A DNA stretch of 33,272 nucleotides from Verrucomicrobiota bacterium (GTDB lineage Bacteria; Verrucomicrobiota; Verrucomicrobiia; Limisphaerales; CANJSG01): NCBI GenBank assembly GCA_038209745.1, contig JBBQXJ010000052.1, forward strand, positions 1-33,272. Reading direction: 5' to 3'. A model generated the notes under the pieces. It was not told where the DNA came from. It did no database searches and saw only the letters and a program-made list of their open reading frames with translations. Both the position numbers and the translations under genes were made by a program. Below, in pieces: positions 1 through 11,205 of this stretch (positions are counted from its first letter, which is position 1; each line of letters starts with the position of its first letter).

Positions 1-1
1 G

Positions 2-346
2 CCGCTCGGTCAGGGAGAAGAAGGAAAGCTCAGAGGGACGAATGGTTTCGGACACGCGTTCTTGGACGAAAATCCCGCCCTGCTTGCTCAATTTCAACGA
101 CTGTTTCTTTTCTGGAAAATCGAGTTTCTGGAAGTCCCCAAGAGCACAGAACGGCTACTGGCTGCCGTCGGGTTGACTCCATCGAAATTTACCAAGGTCT
201 ATGGACGTCTGGATCCAGACGAGAAATTTGAAGTGCTCAAGGACTACTCAGGCGGGATCGAGCGAAATCCCCGCTCGGGTTGGTGGGGACGATATGGTTT
301 AAATTCAAAACGCGGAGCATTCTTCGTAATTGGAACCAAACCATGA
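2..346 (+). CDS. 3' part of an unknown protein (5' end outside window)
   Basis: The frame is open from nt 2 (PLGQGEEGKLRGTNGFGHAFLDENP...GAFFVIGTKP*). Its TGA (344-346) overlaps the next ATG (343-345) as ATGA. Visibly more AT-rich than the rest of the window. No family recognised. Confidence 0.65.
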   Translation, partial: PLGQGEEGKLRGTNGFGHAFLDENPALLAQFQRLFLFWKIEFLEVPKSTERLLAAVGLTPSKFTKVYGRLDPDEKFEVLKDYSGGIERNPRSGWWGRYGLNSKRGAFFVIGTKP

Positions 347-1290
347 TTATTTCAGCCAGCTACAAGACGGACATTCCTACCTTCTACGGAGAGTGGTTCA
401 TGAATCGTTTGCGGGCGGGATACTGCAAGATGGTCAATCCCTACAACCGGCACGTCATACGTGTCTCGCTCCACCCCGAAACTGTCGATGGTGTTGTCTT
501 CTGGACCAAGAACGTCGGGCCGTTTCTCAAGCATTTGCCGGAAGTGAATCGCATGGGTTTCCCATTTGTCCTCCAGCACACGATCAACGGTTACCCTCGG
601 GCGTTGGAACAGGCGGTGGTGGATGCTCCAAGGGCGGTGGAGCACATGCACCAGGTCGCGGATACCTTCGGGCCTCGGGTAGCCGTTTGGCGCTACGACA
701 CGATCATCAATTCGTCGCTCACTCCGCGAGACTACCACATCGAGACTTTCTCACGGCTGGCGAAGGCGCTGGAAGGTGCCACGGATGAGGTCGTGGTTTC
801 GTTCGCTCATCTCTACCGCAAGACCCTTCGCAATATGGAGCACGCAGCCAAGGAGCATGGCTTCACTTGGTCTGACCCTGACGATGAATGGAAGAAGAGC
901 CTCGCCACCGAACTTGCGGCAGCGGCATCTGCCCACGGCATCCGGCTTTCGATTTGCAGCCAACCGCAATTCATCATGCCCGGATGCTACGAGGCACGGT
1001 GCGTTGATGCGGAGCGTCTCGCGGATGTCATCGGGAGGCCGGTCAATGCTTGCCTGAAAGGAAACCGCAAAGAGTGCGGCTGCTTCGAGTCGCGAGACAT
1101 CGGCGAATACAACACCTGCCCGCACGGATGCGTCTATTGCTACGCGGTCGAGAATCAGGAACTCGCCAAGTCCCGATACAAACAGCACGACCCAATGGGC
1201 GAAACCATTTTCCCTTTGCCGTCAGATGTCATCGACCCGCGCAAGGACGACGGCCAACTCGGGCTTTTTAGCGAAGCCGACAAACCCTGA
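343..1290 (+). CDS. DUF1848 family protein (radical-SAM-like, C-terminal Cys cluster)
   Basis: The N-terminus MIISASYKTDIPTFYGEWF matches the DUF1848 start (MIISASRRTDIPAFY-like). Also VFWTKN, WRYD and C-terminal CGC..SRDIGEYNTCPHGCVYCYA (CxxxCxxC at 1117-1140). Start set at ATG 343 from the ATGA overlap; 315 aa. Confidence 0.9.
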   Translation: MIISASYKTDIPTFYGEWFMNRLRAGYCKMVNPYNRHVIRVSLHPETVDGVVFWTKNVGPFLKHLPEVNRMGFPFVLQHTINGYPRALEQAVVDAPRAVEHMHQVADTFGPRVAVWRYDTIINSSLTPRDYHIETFSRLAKALEGATDEVVVSFAHLYRKTLRNMEHAAKEHGFTWSDPDDEWKKSLATELAAAASAHGIRLSICSQPQFIMPGCYEARCVDAERLADVIGRPVNACLKGNRKECGCFESRDIGEYNTCPHGCVYCYAVENQELAKSRYKQHDPMGETIFPLPSDVIDPRKDDGQLGLFSEADKP

Positions 1291-1299
1291 ACGCTTCCA

Positions 1300-4447
<3,148 letters not shown>

Positions 4448-4449
<2 letters not shown>

Positions 4450-4595
4450 GGGTAACTTCCTGGGTATGCGGCATCATTTCATCAAGCGCTGAAGGAGTGG
4501 CACAACGTGAGTTCCGCCCATTCAGGGCTTGTTTTGTTTTCGTCCGTCGAATCCAGGGCGTTGCCTTGGATTGGCCTATTGCGCCCCGTTGGGGC
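4448..4595. repeat. REP/REPIN-like palindromic extragenic element (degenerate inverted pair)
   Basis: Three tandem hairpins: GCCC-ATTCA-GGGC (4516-4528), ATCCAGGGC-GTT-GCCTTGGAT (4551-4571) and GCCCC-GTT-GGGGC (4583-4595). A degenerate inverted copy lies to the left: 4484-4500 matches the reverse complement of 4514-4530 at 13/17, and 4448-4465 matches that of 4551-4568 at 12/18. Confidence 0.6.
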
Positions 4596-4845
4596 TTACG
4601 ACAATGCAGGATGCCCGTTCTACGGAGCCTTTCGATCCAAGCCGCCGTATTTTCCACTGCATCGTTGCGTGGGGCGGATTCCATTTTTGCCGGTTCCGAC
4701 TGGAAACGTGAGGCGCCTAAAACGGCTGGTGCGTGGTGTGGTCAAAATGCGCCCCAGCGCCATGAAACCGTAGCTTGCCCTTCGCCAATGGACTGGCAGA
4801 CTCGCTGGCTCCCGGTCAAAGACCGGGCCTACTTTGACTATTGAT

Positions 4846-6681
4846 ATGCAGCATATCCGCAACATCGCGATCATCGCCCACGTCGATCACGGCAAGACAA
4901 CTTTGGTCGATTGCCTTCTGAAGCAGTCCGGGACTTTCCGGGAAAACCAGGCTGAGACCACGGTCGAGCGCCTGATGGACTCCATGGATCTGGAGAAGGA
5001 ACGTGGCATCACGATCCGGGCGAAGAACGCGGCGTTCAAATACAAGAACTACCACATCAACATCGTGGACACCCCGGGCCACGCTGATTTCGGCGGCGAG
5101 GTGGAGCGGATCATGAACATGATCGACGGCGTGCTGTTGGTCGTCGATTCGGCGGAGGGTCCCCAGGCCCAGACGCGTTTCGTGTTGCGCAAGGCGCTGG
5201 AGGCCGGTGCCAAGCCCATCGTGGTCATCAACAAGATCGACCGCGAAAACGCGAATCCCAAGAAGGTGCTCGACCAGGTGTTCGAGCTCTTCATGAGCCT
5301 CAACGCCACCGACGAGCAGCTCGACTTCCCCTTCATCTACTGTTCGGCGAAACAGGGCTACGCGAAGCTCGAGCTCGAGCACGCCAGCGGGACGATGGAG
5401 CCGCTCTTCGACGCCATCGTGCAGCACATCCCGCCCCCGCGCGCGAAAGCAGGAGAAGGATTCCAGATGCTGGTCGCGAACCTGGACTACAGCGAGTACA
5501 TGGGCCGAATCGCATTTGGCAAGATCGTCGAAGGCAAAGCGAAGGTGGGTGATTCGTCCATCTGCCGCCACGGCAGCGGCAAGATCACGAAGAGCAAGAT
5601 CACCATGATCTACCACTTCGAAGGCATGAAACGGATCGAGATCGACGAGGCCCACGCCGGCGACATCATCGGCCTTGCAGGCTTCGAGGACGTGTTCATC
5701 GGGGAGACGATCTGCGATTCCGAGGACCGTGCCACGCTGCCCTACATCCCGACGGATCCGCCGACGATCCAGATGGAATTCGCCGTGAACGACGGCCCGC
5801 TCGCCGGGCAGGAAGGCAAGCTCGTCACCGCCCGCAACATCTGGGACCGGTTGGTGAAGGAGATCCGGACCAACGTGGCGCTTCGCGTCGCCCAGACCTC
5901 GGATCCGAAAGTCTTTTCGGTCGCCGGTCGCGGTGAGATGCAGATCGGGATTTTGGTCGAACAGATGCGCCGTGAAGGATTCGAGGTGCTCGTCTCCCGT
6001 CCGGAAGTGCTCTGGAAGAAGGGTGCAGACGGCACGGCGTTGGAGCCCATCGAGAAGGTGTTCATCGAAATCCCGAGCGAGAACCTCGGTGGCATCATGG
6101 AAAACCTTTCCAACCGGAAGGCCCAGATCACGAACATGAACCACGTCGGCAATCTGGTTTCGCTCGAGGCGCTCGCTCCGATGCGGGGCTTGATCGGCTT
6201 CGAAACCGACCTGGTCAACATGACCAAGGGCATGGGCGTGATGAGCCATCTCTTCCACGAATACGGCGAGGACCGTGGTGATATCCCGGCCCGCAAGAAC
6301 GGTTCGCTCGTCTCGATGGACTCGGGTGAAGCCACCGCCTACGCCCTCAACATGGCGCAAGAGCGCGGTCGTTTGATGGTCGAACCCGGCGATCCGATCT
6401 ATGTCGGCATGATCGTGGGCGAAAACGCCCGCGAGGACGACATCATGGTCAATCCCGTGAAGGAGAAGAAGCTGACCAACATGCGGTCGCAGGGCGACGG
6501 CAAGGGCATCCAGCTCACGGCTCCCAAGAAGCTCAGCCTCGAACGCGCTCTCGAATATATCGACGTGGACGAATACGTCGAAGCCACGCCGAAGAGCCTG
6601 CGCCTCCGCAAGAAGGTTCTCGACGAGAACGCCCGCAAGCGTTCGGAGAAGTCCCGCAAGATCCGGTTCATCGAGGACTGA
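4846..6681 (+). CDS. typA: Translational GTPase TypA/BipA
   Basis: IRNIAIIAHVDHGKTTLVD, DLEKERGITI, DTPGHADFGGEVER, INKIDR, GRGEMQ and the C-terminal KKLTNMRS...LSLERALEYI; 611 aa. Confidence 0.98.
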   Translation: MQHIRNIAIIAHVDHGKTTLVDCLLKQSGTFRENQAETTVERLMDSMDLEKERGITIRAKNAAFKYKNYHINIVDTPGHADFGGEVERIMNMIDGVLLVVDSAEGPQAQTRFVLRKALEAGAKPIVVINKIDRENANPKKVLDQVFELFMSLNATDEQLDFPFIYCSAKQGYAKLELEHASGTMEPLFDAIVQHIPPPRAKAGEGFQMLVANLDYSEYMGRIAFGKIVEGKAKVGDSSICRHGSGKITKSKITMIYHFEGMKRIEIDEAHAGDIIGLAGFEDVFIGETICDSEDRATLPYIPTDPPTIQMEFAVNDGPLAGQEGKLVTARNIWDRLVKEIRTNVALRVAQTSDPKVFSVAGRGEMQIGILVEQMRREGFEVLVSRPEVLWKKGADGTALEPIEKVFIEIPSENLGGIMENLSNRKAQITNMNHVGNLVSLEALAPMRGLIGFETDLVNMTKGMGVMSHLFHEYGEDRGDIPARKNGSLVSMDSGEATAYALNMAQERGRLMVEPGDPIYVGMIVGENAREDDIMVNPVKEKKLTNMRSQGDGKGIQLTAPKKLSLERALEYIDVDEYVEATPKSLRLRKKVLDENARKRSEKSRKIRFIED

Positions 6682-6717
6682 TCTTTCGGAAGACCGGAGA
6701 CTTGGTCCCGGAAAGGT

Positions 6718-6759
6718 AAAAGCGGCGGCGGATGGAGACATCTGCCGCCGCTTTGTTTT
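6718..6759 (+). terminator. Intrinsic terminator after typA (probably bidirectional)
   Basis: AAAGCGGCGGCGGATG-GAGA-CATCTGCCGCCGCTTT followed by GTTTT, with an A-run on the 5' side. It lies between convergent genes. Confidence 0.85.
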
Positions 6760-6892
6760 CGAGCGATGGGTTCAGCGTTTCCGCGAAGTGAGCAACATCG
6801 CGGTGCCGTCCATCGCCGCGAGGCCAATGGTCCGACCGTTCGAGTACGCCTGACCTGCCGGCCTAGGTGGTCCCCAAAATGGATCTCGTCGA

Positions 6893-7933
6893 CTAGGAGG
6901 TGACCTGTTCCGCCTGCAGCGTCAGGAATCCTGCGATCTCATCGAGCAGGGGACGGCCGCTTTCTGTAGGGAGGATGCGGAGGTGGGCACGGGCGGTTCC
7001 AAGGAATTCGCGCAGCTCTCGCCGACATTCCTCGCTTGCGCCGAACTTCTTGGTCAGCGCGAGGACCGCCTCCATGTGCTCCGGCTTCCAGGCGTTGACC
7101 AGTTCCTGCAAACGGGCGGCTTCGTTGTCGGACGCCCGTTCCAAGACCACCAATAGGGGAAGGGTCAGCTTGCCCTTGGCGAGATCCGTTCCCAGTGACT
7201 TTCCGGCGACGCCTTCCGTTCCGAAAAGATCGAGCAGATCGTCGTAGATCTGGTAGGCGGTGCCGAGACCCATGCCGTAGTCGCGCAGAGCCTGGCGCTG
7301 GGCCGGGGTGGCACCGGAGACATGGGCGCCGAGATCACAGGCGAGAGCGAAGAGCTCTCCGGTCTTCATCGCCAGCATCTTGAAATAGTCCTGCCGGTTG
7401 AGGGTGAAATCGCGGCGTCGACGAGTCTGGAGAATCTCGCCGGTGCAGACGGTGTTCGTCGCGGTGGAGACGGCGCGGCACACTTCGGTGGTTTCGAAAC
7501 CGGAGGCGAGCTTCAGCGCGTGGGCGAAGAGGCAGTCGCCCACCAGCACCGAGATTTCGCTGCCCCATTTCGCCGCCAGTGTCGGACGGGACCGTCGGAG
7601 TTCCGCGCCGTCCATGATGTCGTCGTGGACCAGCGTCGCCAGATGCACCATCTCGATGATGACGGCGACGCGGACGTGGTCGGGGCCGGTGGGGCCGAAG
7701 CAACCCGCGCTCAGCGCGACCAGCAGGGGACGGAGCTGTTTGCCCTGGTTGGCCAAAGCGTAGCGGACGAATTCCCCGATCTGGGGTTCGAACGCCTCCA
7801 CCTGGGCATGGAGGCTCTGGGCCACTGCGTCGAGAAACGGTTCCGAATCCTGGGAGATGCGCTGCCAAGCTTCGGCCGTAGTCGACGGAGGCATCGTGGA
7901 AATATGAGGGGATTTCGTCCCGGCAACCAACAT
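6893..7933 (-). CDS. Polyprenyl diphosphate synthase (IspB/HepT-like)
   Basis: GKQLRP, EMVHLATLVHDDIMD..RR (first Asp-rich motif), VLVGD, KTGELF, YQIYDDLLD (second motif), GKLTLP. Start is uncertain (ATG 7933 or 7894). Confidence 0.93.
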   Translation of the reverse strand: MLVAGTKSPHISTMPPSTTAEAWQRISQDSEPFLDAVAQSLHAQVEAFEPQIGEFVRYALANQGKQLRPLLVALSAGCFGPTGPDHVRVAVIIEMVHLATLVHDDIMDGAELRRSRPTLAAKWGSEISVLVGDCLFAHALKLASGFETTEVCRAVSTATNTVCTGEILQTRRRRDFTLNRQDYFKMLAMKTGELFALACDLGAHVSGATPAQRQALRDYGMGLGTAYQIYDDLLDLFGTEGVAGKSLGTDLAKGKLTLPLLVVLERASDNEAARLQELVNAWKPEHMEAVLALTKKFGASEECRRELREFLGTARAHLRILPTESGRPLLDEIAGFLTLQAEQVTS

Positions 7934-8118
7934 CGGGCGGAATCTAGGAGCCGGCCAAATCCAAGTCAAACGCGGCGGCGCACCGGGTTGGCGAGGATTT
8001 CCGGTAACCTTTGGTTCTGGGTCCCTGTTCTCATTGTGTGGGCCGGGTTTCCAGATTCCAAACCTTGGCCGGGCGAATAATGTCCAACTCAACGATCCAC
8101 CGGAACTATTTCCATCCC

Positions 8119-9405
8119 ATGAAGACCAAGCCTCTCCTGATCCTATCCCTGCTGGCGAACGTTGGGCTGGCGGTGGCCTTCGCGTATTTCGCCTCAACCC
8201 GTCCACCCTCCGGGGCTCGGGCCGCGGCGGGTTCGACGGCCCTTGAAAACAAAACTGCGCCCGGCGGGATGAAGCCACGCGCGGTCCACATCACCAACCT
8301 CGTCGCCAAGTCCTTCAACTGGCTGACCGTCGAGTCGCCCGACTACAAGGAATACATCGCCAACCTCCGCTCCATCGGCTGCCCGGAGGAGACGATTCGA
8401 GACATCATCATCGCCGACGTGAACAAGCTCTTCGAGGACCGGAAGAAGGCGCTGAAGAAGCCCGAGAAAGCGTTCAAGTTCTGGGAGACGGGCATGCAGG
8501 GAATGATGGGCGGCATGATGGATCCCGAAGCGATCGCCGCCCAACAGGCGCTGGCCGGTGAGAAGAAGGCCCTGATCCGGGAATTGCTCGGCATCGACTA
8601 CCAGGAAAAGATCAATCTGATGGAGGCGTTCAACCCGTTTGAGCGCATGTTGGATTTTCTCCCGACCGGGAAGCAGAACAAGATCATGGAGATCTACCAG
8701 AAGATGCAGGCCGAGCAGGTCTCCGCTTTCAAGAACGGCGCTCCGGACGAGGTGGACATCAAGAAAATGCAGGAAGCGCAGAAGGATCTGGAGAAGCAGA
8801 TCGCCGGTATCCTCACGCCGGAAGAGTTCGAGAAATATCAGCTCACCCTGTCCCAGACGGCGATGGGGATGCGGATGACCATGGACGGATTCGGGCCGTC
8901 GGAGCAGGAGTTCCGTGACCTGTTCAAGGTCCAAAAAGCGTTTGACGACCAGTTCGGTCTCACGGGCATGAGCGGCGACCAGGGTGAGCAGAAAAAGCGG
9001 GCCGACGCGGAAACGGCTCGCCAAGAACAGATGAAGACGATCCTCGGCGACCAGCGTTATGCGGACTATCAGCGGGACACCGACTACCAGTTTAAGGCTC
9101 TCTCAAAAGTGGCGGATCGGCAGGGTCTGCCGAAGGAATCCGCGATCAAGGTTTGGGACATGAAGGCCATCGCGGAGCAGGCGGCGAACCGGGTCCGATC
9201 CGACTCGTCGTTAAACCAGGAACAGCGGCAGGCCGCGCTTCAGGCCGTCCGGGCCGAAACAGAACGCAGTATTTCCACCGTCTTGGGAGACGATGGCTTC
9301 GGTAGCTACAAGAAGCAGAACGGGGCCTGGTGGTTGAACGGGATCAGTGGGCAACCGGTCAACTCCGCGCCGCCGCCTCAGCCGACCGTGATCGCCAATC
9401 CCTGA
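8119..9405 (+). CDS. Secreted or membrane-anchored helical hypothetical protein
   Basis: MKTKPLLILSLLANVGLAVAFAYF signal/anchor, then a charged, helix-rich body including WLTVESPDYKEYIANLRSIGCPEETIRDII. Strong G/C third-position codon bias; 428 aa. Confidence 0.85.
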   Translation: MKTKPLLILSLLANVGLAVAFAYFASTRPPSGARAAAGSTALENKTAPGGMKPRAVHITNLVAKSFNWLTVESPDYKEYIANLRSIGCPEETIRDIIIADVNKLFEDRKKALKKPEKAFKFWETGMQGMMGGMMDPEAIAAQQALAGEKKALIRELLGIDYQEKINLMEAFNPFERMLDFLPTGKQNKIMEIYQKMQAEQVSAFKNGAPDEVDIKKMQEAQKDLEKQIAGILTPEEFEKYQLTLSQTAMGMRMTMDGFGPSEQEFRDLFKVQKAFDDQFGLTGMSGDQGEQKKRADAETARQEQMKTILGDQRYADYQRDTDYQFKALSKVADRQGLPKESAIKVWDMKAIAEQAANRVRSDSSLNQEQRQAALQAVRAETERSISTVLGDDGFGSYKKQNGAWWLNGISGQPVNSAPPPQPTVIANP

Positions 9406-9579
9406 GCGGGAACGAGGCAGTGGGGATTTGGGGAGCGCGCCCGCCTCCGGGCGCAGTGGACCGCGTCCTCGCGGTCCATCGGAGGCGCAGGAAACGATTC
9501 ACCGGCTGGTGTGTCCGGGCGTGGCCGGCGCGGGGCGGCTGCGATCCCCGTTCTTTTCCACTGCATCGTCCCGGCTAAG
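9402..9579. mobile_element. MITE-like non-autonomous element with internal REP-like hairpins
   Basis: Imperfect 22-bp terminal inverted repeats CTGAGCGGGAACGAGGCAGTGG (9402-9423) and CCACTGCATCGTCCCGGCTAAG (9558-9579) match at 18/22, with CTNAG at both ends. Internal hairpins at 9437-9454 and 9457-9478. No transposase. Confidence 0.65.
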
Positions 9580-9644
9580 CGCCTGCCGGCGGTCGGGAAA
9601 CTTGCGGTGCAGAACCGGCGGCGTAGCGTGGAGGTGTTGTGCCG

Positions 9645-11027
9645 ATGAAACCGGAACGCTGTTGGTGCTCCCGCCGTGACATGGTCCGCTCCCTCGTGGG
9701 CGGGTCGTTGCTGCTGCCCGGCATTGTCCAGAGTCTCTTGGCCGACGGTGGGAACGCCGCCCTCAACCCGCTCGCTCCGAAGGCGCCCCACTTCGCGCCC
9801 AAGGCCAAGCGGGTCATCTTCCTCTACATGAGCGGCGGGGTGTCGCACATCGAATCGTTCGATCCCAAGCCCGCGCTGGCCCGAGACCACGGCAAGGAAG
9901 CGCCCGGCATGAAGGGCCAGTTTCTCACCGCGCCCCGCTACGGCTTCAAGCGCTACGGCAAATCCGGCATCGAGGTCAGCGACCTGTTCCCGAACATCGG
10001 CGAATGCGTCGACGACTTGGCCGTCATCCGGTCGCTCCGCGCCAACGCCGGCAACCACTTCGAGGCGACGCTCGGGATCCACACGGGTTCGGTCACCTTT
10101 GCCCGTCCCAGCGTCGGCTCGTGGGTCAGCTACGGGCTGGGGACGGTGAACCAGAACCTGCCGTCGTTCGTCGTGCTGGCTCCGTTCCTGCCCTACGCGG
10201 GGGCACAGGTCTGGTCGGCGGATTTTTTGCCGGGCTGCCATCAGGGAGTGCGGGTCATGCCGGGCGCGGAACCGATTCCCAACATGAACCGCCGGCTCGA
10301 ATCGGCCGCGGCACAGGAGCGGGAACTGGGCTTCATCCAGGCGCTCAACCGTGGGCACCTGGCCCAGCGCGACCACGACCCGATGCTGGAGGCGCGCATC
10401 CGTTCCTATGAGACGGCGTTCGGGATGCAGTCGGCCGCACCGGAGGCTTTTGATCTGACCAAGGAGACCGACGCGACCCTGGGTCTATACGGCTTGGAGC
10501 GCGGCAGCACCGAGGGCTTCGCGTGGCAATGCCTCATGGCCCGTCGACTGGCCGAACGCGGGGTGCGGTTCATCGAACTGATCGACTCCGGGGCCAATCG
10601 GAACTGGGATTCCCACTCCGACATGGAGGAACACGGGCCGAGGGCGCGCAACGTGGACAAGCCGATCGCGGGACTGCTGAAGGATCTCAAATCCCGGGGG
10701 ATGCTCGAAGACACGCTGGTGGTGTGGACGACGGAGTTTGGCCGGACGCCGTTCGAGGCCAGTCCGGATGCGAAGGGCCGGGAACACCATGCTTCGGTCT
10801 ATTCCTCATGGCTGGCCGGGGCGGGAGTGAAAGCCGGAACCGTCTTCGGCGGTTCCGACGAATACGGGATCAACGCCGTCGAAAACGCCGTGGACACCCA
10901 CGACTTCCACGCAACCATCTTGCACCTGTTGGGCTTCGACCACGAGCGGCTGACCTATCGGCACGCCGGTCGCGATTTTCGGTTGACCGACGTGAGCGGG
11001 AAGGTGATCGCAGGCCTTCTGGGTTGA
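9645..11027 (+). CDS. DUF1501 domain protein (Tat-like N-terminus)
   Basis: SRRDMVRSL twin-arginine-like motif; AKRVIFLYMSGGVSHIESFDPKP, RPSVGSWVSYGLG, ARRLAERGVRFIEL, WDSH, WTTEFGRTP, GRDFRLTDV; GGAGGTG SD upstream of ATG 9645. Confidence 0.93.
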   Translation: MKPERCWCSRRDMVRSLVGGSLLLPGIVQSLLADGGNAALNPLAPKAPHFAPKAKRVIFLYMSGGVSHIESFDPKPALARDHGKEAPGMKGQFLTAPRYGFKRYGKSGIEVSDLFPNIGECVDDLAVIRSLRANAGNHFEATLGIHTGSVTFARPSVGSWVSYGLGTVNQNLPSFVVLAPFLPYAGAQVWSADFLPGCHQGVRVMPGAEPIPNMNRRLESAAAQERELGFIQALNRGHLAQRDHDPMLEARIRSYETAFGMQSAAPEAFDLTKETDATLGLYGLERGSTEGFAWQCLMARRLAERGVRFIELIDSGANRNWDSHSDMEEHGPRARNVDKPIAGLLKDLKSRGMLEDTLVVWTTEFGRTPFEASPDAKGREHHASVYSSWLAGAGVKAGTVFGGSDEYGINAVENAVDTHDFHATILHLLGFDHERLTYRHAGRDFRLTDVSGKVIAGLLG

Positions 11028-11205
11028 GATCGAACGACTCGGTGGAACCGGACCATGATCGGTCAGGCGGGACGGCCCAGACAGCCATGAACAGAACAGT
11101 TCCGGTTGGCCAAAACACCCGCTCTCTGGCCTGTGAAGACCGCCTATCTGCCAACCAAGCTGGGAGTTTTTCTGATAAAGACAGGGCATGCAGCCCGGTT
11201 CGTCC

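Noticed and set aside
280..342. Longer N-terminus for DUF1848 given by the ORF track
   Set aside because: The family-like sequence begins at MIISAS (ATG 343), which also gives an ATGA coupling with the upstream ORF.
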